Shown here one piece after another: positions 14,798 to 29,850 of a stretch of 64,000 nt of DNA (positions are counted from its first letter, which is position 1; each line of letters begins with the position of its first letter). The translations under genes and the position numbers were made by a program. This DNA is from Octopus vulgaris (Eukaryota). The notes beneath the pieces were generated by a model, which had not been told where the DNA came from, did no database searches, and saw nothing but the letters and a program-made list of their open reading frames with translations. The stretch covers positions 1-64,000 of the forward strand of contig CATOCA020000009.1 in the NCBI GenBank assembly GCA_951406725.2. Direction: 5' to 3'.

Positions 14798-15047
14798 TGC
14801 ATGTATGTATGTATGTATGTATGTATGTATGTATGTATGTATGTATGCATGTATGTATGTATGTATGTATGTATGTATGTGTATGTATGTATGTATGTAT
14901 ATGTGTGTATGTATGTATATATGCATGTATGTATGTATGTATGTATGTATGTATGTATGTATGTATATATGTATGTATGTATGTATGTGTGTATGTATGT
15001 ATGTATGTATGTATGTATGTATGTATGTATGTATGTATGTATGTATG

Positions 15048-15081
<34 letters not shown>

Positions 15082-15333
15082 TGTATGTATGCATGTATGT
15101 ATGTATGTATGCATGTATGTATGTATGTATGTATGTATGTATGTATGTATGTATGTATGCATGTGTGTATGTACGTATGTATGTATGTATGTATGTATGT
15201 ATGTATGTATGTATGTATGTATGTATGTATGTATGTATGTATGTATGTATGTATGTATGTATGTGTATGTATGTATGTATGTATGTATGTATGTATGTAT
15301 GTATGTATGTATGTATGTATGTATGTATGTATG

Positions 15334-15367
<34 letters not shown>

Positions 15368-15936
15368 TGTATGTATGTATGTATGTATGTATGTATGTAT
15401 GTATGTATGTATGTATGTATGTATGTATGTATGTATGTATGTATGTGTGTATGTATGTATGTATGTATGTATGTATGTATGTGTGTGTGTGTATGTATGT
15501 ATGTATGTATGTATGTATGTATGTATGTATGTATGTGTATGTATGTATGTATGTGTGTGTATGTATGTATGTGTGTGTATGTGTGTATGTATGTATGTAT
15601 GTATGTATGTATGTATGTATGTATGTATGTATGTATGTATGTATGTATGTATGTATGTATGTATGTATGTGTATGTATGTGTATGTATGTATGTATGTAT
15701 GTATGTATGTATGTATGTATGTGTATGTATGTATGTATGTATGTATGTATGTATGTATGTATGTATGTATGTGTGTATGTATGTATGTATGTATGTGTAT
15801 GTATGTATGTTATGTATGTATGTATGTGTATGTATGTATGTATGTATGTATGTATGTATGTATGCATGTATGTATGTATGTGTGTATGTATGTATGTATG
15901 TATGTATGCATGTATGTATGTATGTATGTATGTGTG

Positions 15937-15968
<32 letters not shown>

Positions 15969-17202
15969 TGTATGTATGTATGTATGTATGTATGTATGTA
16001 TGTATGTATGCATGTATGTGTGTATGCATGTATGTATGTATGTATGTATGTATGTATGTATGTATGTATGCATGCATGTATGCATGTATGTATGTATGTA
16101 TGTGTATGTATGTATGTATGTATGTATGTATGTATGTATGTATGTATGTATGTATGTATGTATGTATGTATGTATGTATGTATGTATGTATGTATGTATG
16201 TATGTATGTATGTATGTATGTATGTATATATGTATGTATGTATGTGTATGTATGTATGTATGTATGTATGTATGTATGTATGTATGTATGTATGTATGTA
16301 TGTATGTATGTATGTATGTATGTATGTATGTATGTATGTATGTATGTATGTATGTATGTATGTATGTGTATGTATGTATGTATGTATGTATGTATGTATG
16401 TATGTATGTATGTATGTATGTGTGTGTCTATTATGTATGTGTGTATGTATGTATGTATGTATGTATGTATGTATGTATGTGTATGTATGTATGTATGTAT
16501 GTATGTGTGTATGTATGTATGTATGTGTGTATGTATGTATGTATGTATGTATGTATGTATGTATGTATACATGTATGTATGTATGTATGTATGTGTATGT
16601 ATGTATGTATGTATGTATGTATGTATGTATGTATGTATGTATGTATGTATGTATGTATGTATGTATGTATGTATGTATGTATGTGTGTATGTATGTATGT
16701 ATGTATGTATGTATGTATGTATGTATGTATGTATGTATGTATGTATGTATGTATGTATGTATGTATGTATGTATGTATGTATGTATGTATGTATGTATGT
16801 ATGTATGTATGTATGTATGTATGTATGTATGTATGTATGTATGTATGTATGTATGTATGTATGTATGTATGTATGTATGTATGTATGTATGTATGTATGT
16901 ATGTATGTATGTATGTATGTATGTATGTATGTATGTATGTATGTATGTATGTATGTATGTATGTATGTATGTATGTATGTATGTATGTATGTATGTATGT
17001 ATGTATGCATGTATGTATGTATGTATGTATGTATGTATGTATGTATGTATGTATGTATGTGTATGTATGTATGTATGTATGTATGTATGTGTTGTATGTA
17101 TGTATGTATGTATGTATGTATGTATGTATGTATGTATGTATGTATGTATGTATGTATGTATGTATGTATGTATGTATGTATGTATGTATGTATGTATGTA
17201 TG

Positions 17203-17236
<34 letters not shown>

Positions 17237-20200
17237 TGCATGTATGTATGTATGTATGTATGTATGTATGTATGTATGTATGTATGTATGTATGTATGTA
17301 TGTATGTATGTATGTATGTATGTATGTGTATGTATGTATGTATGTATGTGTGTATGTATGTATGTATGTATGTATGTATGTATGTATGTATGTATGTATG
17401 TATGTATGTATGTATGTATGTATGTATGTATGTATTTATGTATGTATGTATGTATGCATGTATGTATGTATGTATGTATGTATGTATGTATGTATGTATG
17501 TATGTATGTATGTATGTATGTATATGTATGTATGTATGTATGCATGTATGTATGTATGTATGTATGTATGTAAGTATGTATGTATGTATGTATGTATGTA
17601 TGTGTGTATGTATGTATGTATGTATGTATGTATGTATGTATGTATGTATGTATGTATGTATGTATGTATGTATGTATGTGTATGTATGTATGTGTGTGTC
17701 TATTATGTATGTGTGTATGTGTGTGTGTATGTATGTATGTATGTGTGTATGTATGTATGTATGTATGTATGTATGTATGTATGTATGTATGTATGTATGT
17801 ATGTATGTATGCATGTATGTATGTATGTATGTATGTGTATGTATGTATGTATGTATGTATGTATGTATGTATGTATGTATGTATGTATGTATGCATGTAT
17901 GTATGTATGTATGTATGTATGTATGTATGTATGTATGTATGTATGTATGTATGTATGTGTGTGTGTATGTATGTATGTGTGTATGTATGTATGTATGTAT
18001 GTATGTATGTATGTATGTATGTATGTATGTATGTATGTATGTGTATGTATGTATGTATGTATGTATGTATGTATGTATGTATGTGTATGTATGTATGTAT
18101 GTATATGTGTATGTATGTGTATGTATGTATGTGTGTGTATGTATGTATGTATGTATGTATGTGTATGTATGTATGTATGTATGTATGTATGTATGTATGT
18201 ATGTATGTATGTATGTATGTATGTATGTATGTGTATGTATGTATGTATGTATGTATGTATGTATGTATGTATGTATGTGTATGTATGTATGTATGTATGT
18301 ATGTATGTATGTGTGTATGTATGTATGTATGTGTATGTATGTATGTATGTATGTATGTATGTATGTATGTATGTATGTATGTATGTATGTATGCATGTAT
18401 GTGTATGTGTATGTATGCATGCATGTATGTATGTATGTATGTATGTATGTGTGTGTGTATGTATGTATGTGTGTATGTATGTATGTATGTACATATGTAT
18501 GTATGTATGTATGCATGTATGTATGTATGTATGCATGTATGTATGTATGTATGTATGTATGTATGTATGTATGTATGCATGTATGTATGTATGTATGTAT
18601 GTATGTGTGTATGTATGTATGTATGTGTGTATGTATGTATGTATGTATGTATGTATGCATGCATGTATGTATGTATGTGTGTGTATGTATGTATGTGTGT
18701 ATGTATGTATGTATGTATGTATGTATGCATGTATGTATGTATGTATGTATGTATGTATGTGTGTATGTATGTATGTATGCATGTATGTATGTGTGTGTAT
18801 GTATGTATGTATGTATGTATGTATGTGTGTATGTATGTATGTATGTATGTATGTATGTGTGTATGTATGTATGTATGTATGCATGTATGTATGTATGTAT
18901 GTATGTATGTATGTATGTATGTATGTATGTATGTATGTATGTATGTATGTATGTATGTATGTATGTATGCATGCATGTATGTATGTATGTATGTATGTAT
19001 GTATGTATGTACGTATGTATGTATGTATGTATGTATGTATGTATGTATGTATGTATGTATGTATGTATGTGTGTATGTATGCATGTATGTATGTATGTAT
19101 GTGTATGTGTATATGTATGTATTTATGTATGTGTGTGTATGTATGTATGTATGTATGTGTATATTATGTATGTGTGCATGTATGTGTGTATGTATGTATG
19201 TATGTATGTGTGTGTATGTATGTATGTATGTATGTATGTATGTATGTATGTATGTATGTATGTATGTATGTATGTATGTATGTATGTATGTATGTATGTA
19301 TGTATGTGTGTGCCTATTATGTATGTGTGTATGTATGTGTGTATGTATGTATATATGCATGTGTGTATGTATGTATGTATGTATGTATGTATGTATGTAT
19401 GTATGTATGTATGCATGTATGTATGTATGTATGTATGTATGTATGTGTGTATGTATATAGGTATGTATGTATGTATGTATGTATGTATGTATGTATGTAT
19501 GTATGTATGCATGTATGTATGTATGTATGTATGTATGTATGTATGTATGTATGTATGTATGTATGTATGTATGTATGTATGTATGTATGTATGGTTGTAT
19601 GCATGTATGTATGTATGTATGTATGTATGTATGTATGTATGTATGTATGTATGTATGTATGTATGTATGTATGTATGTATGTATGTATGTATGTATGTAT
19701 GTATGTATGTATGTATGTATGTATGTATGTGTGTATGTATGTATGTATGTATGTATGTATGCATGTATGTATGTATGTATGTATGTATGTTTGTATGTAT
19801 GTATGTATGTATGCATGTATGTATGTATGTATGTGTGTATGTATGTATGTATGTATGTATGTATGTATGTATGTATGTATGTATGTATGTGTGTATGTAT
19901 GTATGTATGTATGTATGTGTGTATGTATGTATGTATGTATGTATGTGTGTGCCTATTATGTATGTGTGTATGTATGTATGTATGTATGTATGTATGTATG
20001 TATGTATGTATGTATGTATGTATGTATGTATGTATGTATGTATGTATGTATGTATGTATGTATGTATGTATGTATGTATGTATGTATGTCTATGTATGTA
20101 TGTATGTGTATCTATGTGTGTATGTATGTATATGCATGTGTGTAAGTATGTATGTCTGTATGTATGTATATATGTATGTATTTATGTATGTATGTATGTA

Positions 20201-20309
20201 TGTATGTATGTATGTATGTATGCATGTATGTATGTATGTATGTATGTATCATGTATGTATGTATGTATGTATGTATGTATGTATGTATGTATGTATGTAT
20301 ATATGTATG

Positions 20310-20343
<34 letters not shown>

Positions 20344-20535
20344 TGTATGTATGTATGTATGTATGTATGTATGTATGTATGTATGTATGTATGTATGTAT
20401 GTATGTATGTATGTATGTATGTATGTATGTATGTATGTATGTATGTATGTATGTATGTCTGTGTATGTATGTATGTATGTATGTATGTATGTATGTATGT
20501 ATGTATGTATGTATGTATGTATGTATGTATGTATG

Positions 20536-20569
<34 letters not shown>

Positions 20570-20663
20570 TGTATGTATGTATGTATGTATGTATGTATGT
20601 ATGTATGTATGTATGTATGTATGTATGTATGTATGTATGTATGTATGTATGTGTGTATGTATG

Positions 20664-20696
<33 letters not shown>

Positions 20697-21385
20697 GTGT
20701 ATGTATGTATGTATGTATGTATGTATGTGTGTATGTATGTATGTATGCATGTGTGTGTCTATTATGTATGTGTGTGTGTATGTGTGTATGTATGTATGTA
20801 TGTATGTATGTATGCTTGTATGTATGTATGTATGTATGTATGTATGTGTATGTGTGTATGTATGTATGTATGTATGTATGTATGTATGTATGTATGTGTG
20901 TATGTATGTACGTATGTACATGCGTATGTATGTATGTATGTATATGTGTGTCTATTATGTATGTGTGGATCTATGTGTGTATGTATGTATATATGCATGT
21001 GTGTATGTATGTATGTCTGTATGTATGTATATATGTATGTATTTATGTATGTATGTATGTGTATGTATGTGTATGTATGTATGCATGTATGTATGTATGT
21101 ATGTATATATGAGTGTATGTATGTGTGTATGTATGTATGCATGTATGTATGTATGCATGTATGTATGTATGTATGCATGTATGTTTGTATATATGTATGC
21201 ATGTGTGTATGTACGTATGTATGTATGTATGTATGTATGTATGTATGTATGTATGTATGTATGCATGTATGTATGTATGTAGGTATGCATGTATGTATGT
21301 ATGTATGTATGTATGTTTGTGTGTGTATGTATGTATGTATGTATGCATGCATGTATGTATGTATGTATGTATGTATGTATGTATG

Positions 21386-21416
<31 letters not shown>

Positions 21417-23919
21417 CTATGTATGTATGTATGTATGTATGTATGTATGTATGTATGTATGTATGTATGTATGCATGCATGTATGTATGTATGTATGTAT
21501 GTATGTATGTATGTATGTATGTATGTATGTATGTATGTATCTATGTATGTATGTATGTATGTATGTATGTATGTATGTATGTATGTATGCATGTATGTAT
21601 GTATGTATGTATGCATGTATGTGTGTTTGCATGCATATATGTATCTATGTATGTATGCATGTATGTGTATGTATGTATGTATGTATGCATGTATGTATGT
21701 GTGTATGTATGTATGTATGCATGTGTGTGTCTATTATGTATGTGTGTGTATATGTGTATGTATGTATGTATGTATGTATGCTTGTATGTATGTATGTATG
21801 TATGTATGTGTGTATGTATGTAAGTATGTGTGTATGTATGTATGTTTGTGTGTATGTATGTATGTATGTGTGTATGTATGTATGTATGTACATGCGTATG
21901 TATGTATGTATGTATATGTGTGTCTATTATGTATGTGCTTATGTATGTGTGTATGTATGTATATATGCATGTGTGTATGTATGTATGTCTGTATGTATGT
22001 ATATATGTATGTATGTATGTTTGTATGTATGTATGTATGTATGTGTGTATGCATGTATGTATGTATGTATGTATGTATGTGTGCATGTATGTGTGTATGT
22101 ATGTATTTATGTATGTATGTATGTATGTATGTTTGTGTGAATGTATGTATGTATGTATGTATGTGTGTTTGTATGTATGTATGCATGTATGTATGTATGT
22201 ATGTATGTATGTATGTATGTATGTATGTATGTATGTATGTATGTATGTATGTATGTATGTATATATGTATGTATGTATGTATGTAGGTATGTATGTATGT
22301 ATGTATGTATGCATGTATGTAGGTATGCATGTATGTATCTATGTGTGTATGTATGTATGTATGTATGTATGTATGTATGCATGCATGCATGTATGTATGT
22401 ATGTATGTATGTATATATGCATGTATGTATGTATGTGTGTATGTATGTATGCATGTATGTATCTATGTGTGTATGTATGTATGTATGCATGTATGTATGT
22501 ATGTATGTATGTATGTATGTATGTATGTATGTATGTATGCATGCATGCATGTATGTATGTATTTATATATGTATGCATGCATGCATGTATGTATATATGC
22601 ATGTATGTGTGTATGTATGTATGTATGTATGTATGTATGTATGTATGTATGTATGCATGTATGTATGTATGTATGTGTGTATGTATGCATGTATGTCTGT
22701 TTGTCTGTATGTATGTGTGTATGTATGTATTTGTGTATGTATGTATGTATGTATGTGTGTATGTATGTATGTATGTATGTGTGTATGTATGTATGTATGT
22801 ATGTATGTATGTATGTATGCATGTGTGTATATATGTATGTGTGTATTTATGTATGTATGTATATATGCATGTATGTATGTATGTATGAATGTATGTATGT
22901 ATGTGTGTATGTATATAGGTATGCATGTATGTATGTATGTATGTATATATGCATGTGTGTATGTATGTATGTGTGTATGTATGTATGTATATGTATGTGT
23001 ATGTATGTATGCATGTATGTATGTATGTATGTATGTATGTATGTATGTATGTATGTATGTATGTATGTATGTATGTATTGTATGTATGTATGTATGTATG
23101 TATGTATGTATGTATGTATGTATGTATGTATGTATGTATGTATGTATGTATGTATGTATGTATGTATGTATGTATGTATGTATGTATGTATGTATGTATG
23201 TATGTATGTATGTATGTATGTGTGTATGTATGTATGTATTATGTATGTATGTATGTATGTATGTATGTATGTATGTATGTGTATGTATGTATGTATGTAT
23301 GTATCTATGTGTGTATGTATGTATGTATGCATGTATGTATGTATGTATGTATGTATGCATGTATGTATGTATGTATGTATGTATGCATGTATGTATGTAT
23401 GTATGTATGTATGTATGTATGTATGCATGTATGTATGTATGTATGCATGTATGTATGTATGTATGTGTATGTATGCATGTATGTCTGTTTGTCTGTATGT
23501 ATGTGTGTATGTATGTATTTGTGTATGTATGTATGTATGTATGTGTGTGTGTATGTATGTATGTATGACTGTATGTATGTATGTATGTATGAATGTATGT
23601 ATGTATGTATGCATGTGTGTATATATTTATGTGTGTATTTATGTATGTATGTATATATGCATGTATGTATGTATGTATGTATGTATGAATGTATGTATAT
23701 GTGTATGTATATAGGTATGCATGTATATATGTATGTATGTATATATGCATGTATGTATGTATGTATGTATGTATGTATGTATGTATGTATGTATGTATGT
23801 ATGTATGCATGCATCCATGTATGTATGTATGTATGTATGCATGTATGTATGTATGTATGTATGGTTGTATATATGCATGTATGTATGTATGTATGTATGT
23901 ATGTATGTATGTATGCATG

Positions 23920-23953
<34 letters not shown>

Positions 23954-26580
23954 TGTATGTATATATTCATGTATGTATGTAGGTATGAATGTATGTATAT
24001 ATGTATGTGTGTATGTATCTATGTATGTATGTATGCATGTATGTATGAATGTATGTATGTATGTTTGTATGTATGTATGTATGTATGTATGTATGCATGC
24101 ATGTATGTATGGATTTGTGTATGTATGTATGTATGTATGCATGTATGTATGCATGCCTGTATGTATATATGTATGTGTGTATGTATGTATGTATGTATGT
24201 ATGTTTGTATGTATGTATGTATGTATGTGTGTGTCTATTATGTATGTGTGTATGTATGTATGTGTGTATGTATGTATGTATGTATGTATGTGTATATGTA
24301 TGTATGTGTGTAAGTATGTATGTACATGTGTATGTATGTATGTATGTATGTGTGTGTCTATTATGTATGTGTGGATAATTGTGTGTATGTATGTATATAT
24401 GCATGTGTGTATGTATGTATGTCTGTATGTATGTATATATGTATGTATTTATGTATGTATGTATGTATGTGTATGTGTATGTATGTATGCATGTATGTAT
24501 GTATGTATATATGAGTGTATGTATGTGTGTATGTATGTATGCATGTATGTATGTATGTATGCGTGTATGTATGTATGTATGTATGCATGTATGTTTGTAT
24601 ATATGTATGCATGTGTGTATGTACGTATGTATGTATGTATGTATGTATGTATGTATGTATGTATGTATGTATGTATGTATGTATGTATGTATGTATGTAT
24701 GTATGTATGTATGTATGTATGTATGTATGTATGTGTGTGTATGTATGTATGTATGTATGTATGTATGTATGCATGCATGTATGTATGTATGTATGTATGT
24801 ATGTATGTATATATGTATGTATGTATGTATGTATCAATGTATGTATGTATCTATGTATGTATGTATGTATGCATGTATGTATGTATGTATGCATGCATGT
24901 ATGTATGTATGTATGTCTGCATGTATGTGTGTTTGCATGCATATATGTATCTATGTATGTATGCATGTATGTGTATGTATGTATGTATGTATGCATGTAT
25001 GTATGTGTGTGTCTATTATGTATGTGTGTGTGTATGTGTGTATGTATGTATGTATGTATGTATGTATGTATGTATGTATGTATGTATGTGTGTATGTATG
25101 TATGTAAGTATGTGTGTATGTATGTTTGTGTGTATGTATGTATGTACATATGTATGTATGTATGTATATGTGTGTCTATTATGTATGTGCTTATGTATGT
25201 GTGTATGTATGTATATATGCATGTGTGTGTGTATGTATGTCTGTATGTATGTATATATGTATGTATGTATGTATGTTTGTATGTATGTGTGTATGTATGT
25301 GTGTATGCATGTATGTATGTATGTATGTATGTATGTGTGCATGTATGTGTGTATGTATGTATGTTTGTGTATGTGTATGTATGTATGTATGTATGTATGT
25401 GTGTGTATGTATGTATGTATGTATGTATGTATGTATGTATGTATGTATGTATGTTTGTATGCATGTATGTATGTATGTATGCATGTATGTATGTATGTAT
25501 GTATATATGTATGTATGTATGTATGTAGGTATGTATGTATGTATGTATGCATGTATGTAGGTATGCATGTATGTATCTATGTGTGTATGTATGTATGTAT
25601 GTATGTATGTATGTATGTATGTATGTATGTATGTATGTATGTATGTATGTATGTATATGCATGTATGTATGTATGTATGTGTGTATGTATGTATGCATGT
25701 ATGTATCTATGTGTGTATGTATGTATGTATGTATGCATGTATGTATGTATGTATGTATGCATGTATGTATGTATGTATGCATGCATGCATGTATGTATGT
25801 ATTTATGTATGTATGCATGCATGCATGTATGTATATATGCATGTATGTGTGTATGTATGTATGTATGTATGCATGTATGTATGTATGTATGTGTGTATGT
25901 ATGCATGTATGTCTGTTTGTCTGTATGTATGTGTGTATGTATGTATTTGTGTATGTATGTATGTATGTATGTATGTGTGTGTGTATGTATGTATGTATGT
26001 ATGTATGTATGTATGTATGTATGAATGTATGTATGTATGTATGTATGTATGTATGTGTGTATGTATGTATGTATGAATGTATGTATGTATGTATGTATGT
26101 ATGTATGGTTGTATGTATGCATGTATGTATGTATGCATGTATGTATGTATGTATGTATGAATGTATGTATGTATGCATGTATGTATGTGTGTATGTATGT
26201 ATGTATGTATGAATGTATGTATGTATGTATGGTTGTATGTATGCATGTATGTATATATGCATGTATGTATGTATGTATGTATGTATGAATGTATGTATGT
26301 ATGTATGTATGAATGTATGTATGTATGTATGCATGTATGTATGTGTGTATGTATGTATGTATGTATGTATGTATGTATGTATGGTTGTATGTATGCATGT
26401 ATGTATGTATGTATGTATGTATGTATGTATGTATGAATGTATGTATGTATGTATGTATGTATGTATGTATGTGTGTATGTATGTATGTATGTATGTGTGT
26501 ATGTATGTATGTATGTATGTATGTATGTATGTATATGTGTATGTATGTTTGTATGTATGTATGTATGTATGTGTGTGTGC
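7343..26580 (+). repeat. Giant ~19.2-kb (TATG)n simple satellite with variant units and higher-order duplication
   Basis: Directly visible. Recurrent variants gtctattat, gtaagt, ggttgt, gtaggt, gaatgt. Confidence 0.99.
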
Positions 26581-26765
26581 GTCTGATCAATTCAAAGAAA
26601 CGAATAAAGCGAAAAGGAAACGGAAAAACGAATGTGAGACGTGCACATGAAATGTATTACCTTGGGATTCGGTGAGAGGTTATTTTGACGTTTTGTGCAT
26701 AGCGCTCTGTGGGAAAGGAGAAAGGGAAAGTCCGAAGACGGAGAAGACATCACCCAACGGCACAC

Positions 26766-26892
<127 letters not shown>

Positions 26893-28515
26893 AATATCGA
26901 AATAAGCAACAGAACATTAAGTAGTAATGCAGTATGAATGCTTGAAGCTTCTCCATTCAATTGAACAATGCAATCATTACCTCAATTTAAATATAGAACT
27001 ATCTTTGGCTGTACAAAATACAGAATGTTTTAACAAGTAGGACACATTGATATAATTTTTCTTAAACATTTTAAGAGAGTAAGAAGTTGGAGGAAATTCT
27101 TATCATCGTTTTTGTAGCAGAGTGTCTAAGAATAGACTACACTTTCTTAGAATCGCATGAGGCATAGTGGAGTATTTTATGGTTACCAGGGTTTGTAATT
27201 CATTTCTAATTTATTTATCTCTTTATCATCCGATAAAACAAAAAACTAGATGACTGTGTCTCTTTTGAGTAAAGAACAAAAGTTGTCAGCTCACGGCCTG
27301 GTCACAAATAATTTCATAAGTATCCCTTTCCCTCAAGAGAAAGGAAGTAAGAGATTGGGAATAGTTAAATTGATGGAAGTAAGTGTCTTTGAAAATAAAG
27401 GCAGGATAGGGGTGAACTAGGAAACATGATGTCCATTACCAGTTAAAGGGGCAAGATACTAAGAGACTTAAGATACAAATACAGGGAATTTATTAGGGTC
27501 ACGACGGGGGGACGTTTATAAACAGTATTGATATGATGCACAAAAATAAAATATAAGAATTCCAAATATCATAAGTAAAATAGCTAAAAGGTGTGCATGT
27601 ATCTAAGTGTAAAGATAAAATTAAGCAGCAATGTCGATAAAAATTAGTCAGCAACGACTGCGCAAAATATTGGGTCCCATAAGACTTGAACTACACCCTC
27701 TCCACCCTATTCAAATGAGACGAACTAAGGTCAAATACCCAGTGCCAATAATGGTCGTAGGTTCGCGAATGTGGGAGCACCACGATCTCAAGTGCAAGTG
27801 ATCCCCAAATTGTTCAATGCTATTGCAGTGACGTCATCTTGGAAATCTCCAGCACGCATGCGCAGGGTTGGAGTCTTCCGGGAGACCTGTCAGAAGTTTA
27901 CTCATGCGCATGCGCCAGCAGCTGAACAAGACAGGCGTGTTTTATCAGCTCTCTCAAGCTGCTACCTCGTGGCGTATCTCCGCTATGCTTGAACGGAGAG
28001 GATTTGGCTCACTCCACTTGACTACTGCTATAAGCTCCTAGGCTGCCGATTCACCCAGAGGAAGAAATGTATATATTGCGAATCAAGAAAAAAATATTTA
28101 TACTGTTGACTTTAATCGGAATTCTTGACTCTTTCCTTCGATTAATCGAATTTAATGTAAAGGATGCGAGCTGCACTCATCCAGTGCGGGGACCTCTCAT
28201 CCTCTTACACTATTTTCGGCACATCCAGTTTTATAGCGAAATGTTATCTTAGAAACATGCTTTTAAATTTGAAGGATGCTTCCTTCCCAGTGGCAAGCCC
28301 AGAATTTCTGAGGGACATGCACCTAGGTTCTTCTGTCCTTTTAACAGGTCTTATTTTCAGTTCTGCTGACTTTCTAGGAACACAACCTCCCAAGGCATCA
28401 CCGAGTTGACGGCAACTAAACCGGTTCACACATACACACACGCATGCATAGATACATACACACACGTACATACATGCATGCATACATACGCACACGTACA
28501 TACATACACAGACGC

Positions 28516-28567
<52 letters not shown>

Positions 28568-28699
28568 ACAAAACATATATACTTTCATATACACATACCT
28601 AAACACAAAACAAAGGGGCAGCGGGTTAACATCGATCCAGATTGCCTGTCAATGTCGCATCGTATCCCTTGGGCAACATTTTGTAACCAGCAAGAGTCG

Positions 28700-29850
28700 A
28701 AGTGCATCCCATGACCCAGTTTGCACATATGAGGCTGATAACATCATAAGACTTGGAAGGCAGCTCTTTGAGCAACATTCCTTGTCCGATAACCTTAAAT
28801 ACATGTCCAAAGAAGTCGCACGACTCTACTGCAATCTATCATCACATGAATGGATGAGCTTATATGAGCAGAAGACATTGCGTGGATATGTTAGTAGAAA
28901 GCTCCAAGATAAGATGACTGTAATGTTGATCCACAAAGCAATCTATCATGGACCAGTGGCGGAATTACTAGCTTCCACTTCGCAGGGTATGTGATTGCAA
29001 TCCACGAACAGGAAATATCAACCAAATGCCTGATGCACAAAAGGGAAAGAGATGCAGGGAAAGCAGTAAAATGACAACCGATGCCGACTTCGTAGAGTAA
29101 ACACCGAAGATATCAACCACATCATAAGCAGTTGTCCAAAAATGTCATCACAGTATTATCTACTGTTGAGAAATGATGTTGTATCTAGGACACCCGATAA
29201 TAAAAATCCGTCGGAAGTATAACCCTGAGGAGAAAGAAGAACCCACACTATGGTAGAAGCCATAGCCACTCATAATAAAAAGGAGTACGAGTGGAATGTT
29301 TCAGTGAATACCTCAATAAAATGTAAGAAGAACGGACCTGATATAATGATCTGGGATAGAAAAGGGAAACCAAACAGTTGTGGAAATTAGCTGCTCAGCG
29401 GATGTTAACATAAAGCTGAAGATCAGTGAAAATGAGAACGCCTATGCTGGAGTATTGAGAAATCTGCAGTTTCTTTATCCAGATTACAAGTTCAGGTTTA
29501 TACCTGTAAATATTGGGTCCCTAGGATATGAAACGCACTGCCTAAATACCAATCTTGAGAAATTCGGCTTCTCAAAAGCAGAAAGGAGAAAGCTGATTCG
29601 AAGAGAATAGATCCAGTCCATCACTGGAACTGTAAGAATCTGTAAACTTTCCAGAAGTTTATTATTTAAATATATATGAGCATGTTAAGATATACAACTA
29701 TATGCATGAGAATATATACATAAAACATACAAATCTGTACACATATACATACAAAAATACTCTGTTGCTGATGATGAACTTCCTATGAAGGAACCTTAGA
29801 TCTAGGTTAGAAACCGGCGCTTTCCCTATTGGCAAGGCATCAAGAAATAA
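28700..29850 (+). mobile_element. Decayed R4/Dong-like non-LTR 3' region (CCHC knuckle, restriction-like endonuclease, 3' UTR)
   Basis: Frameshifted peptides IAIHEQEISTK, CRL..EDINHIISSCPKM, PDIMIWDRK, VEISCSAD, FIPVNIGSLG. Confidence 0.75.

Noticed and set aside
7343-26580. Very long ORFs (up to 2127 aa) of MYVC/HTYI repeats, also at 4345-5795 and 43950-45269
   Set aside because: (TATG)n has no stop codon in any of six frames, so open frames are automatic; there is no frame preference or protein complexity.
26680-26720. Possible hammerhead remnant on the minus strand (similar half-matches at ~2890-2910, ~3925-3975, ~42075-42120, ~46708-46747)
   Set aside because: Only one half of the core or a single stem matches; not distinguishable from chance by eye.
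27860-27920. NRF1-like GCGCATGCGC motif suggesting a promoter
   Set aside because: No associated gene start; it lies within probable repeat-derived sequence.
29768-29833. Hammerhead suggested by CTGATGA...GAAAC in the Dong-like 3' UTR
   Set aside because: Stem II does not abut CTGATGA, and there is no NUH site or stem I; better read as an ordinary UTR stem-loop.
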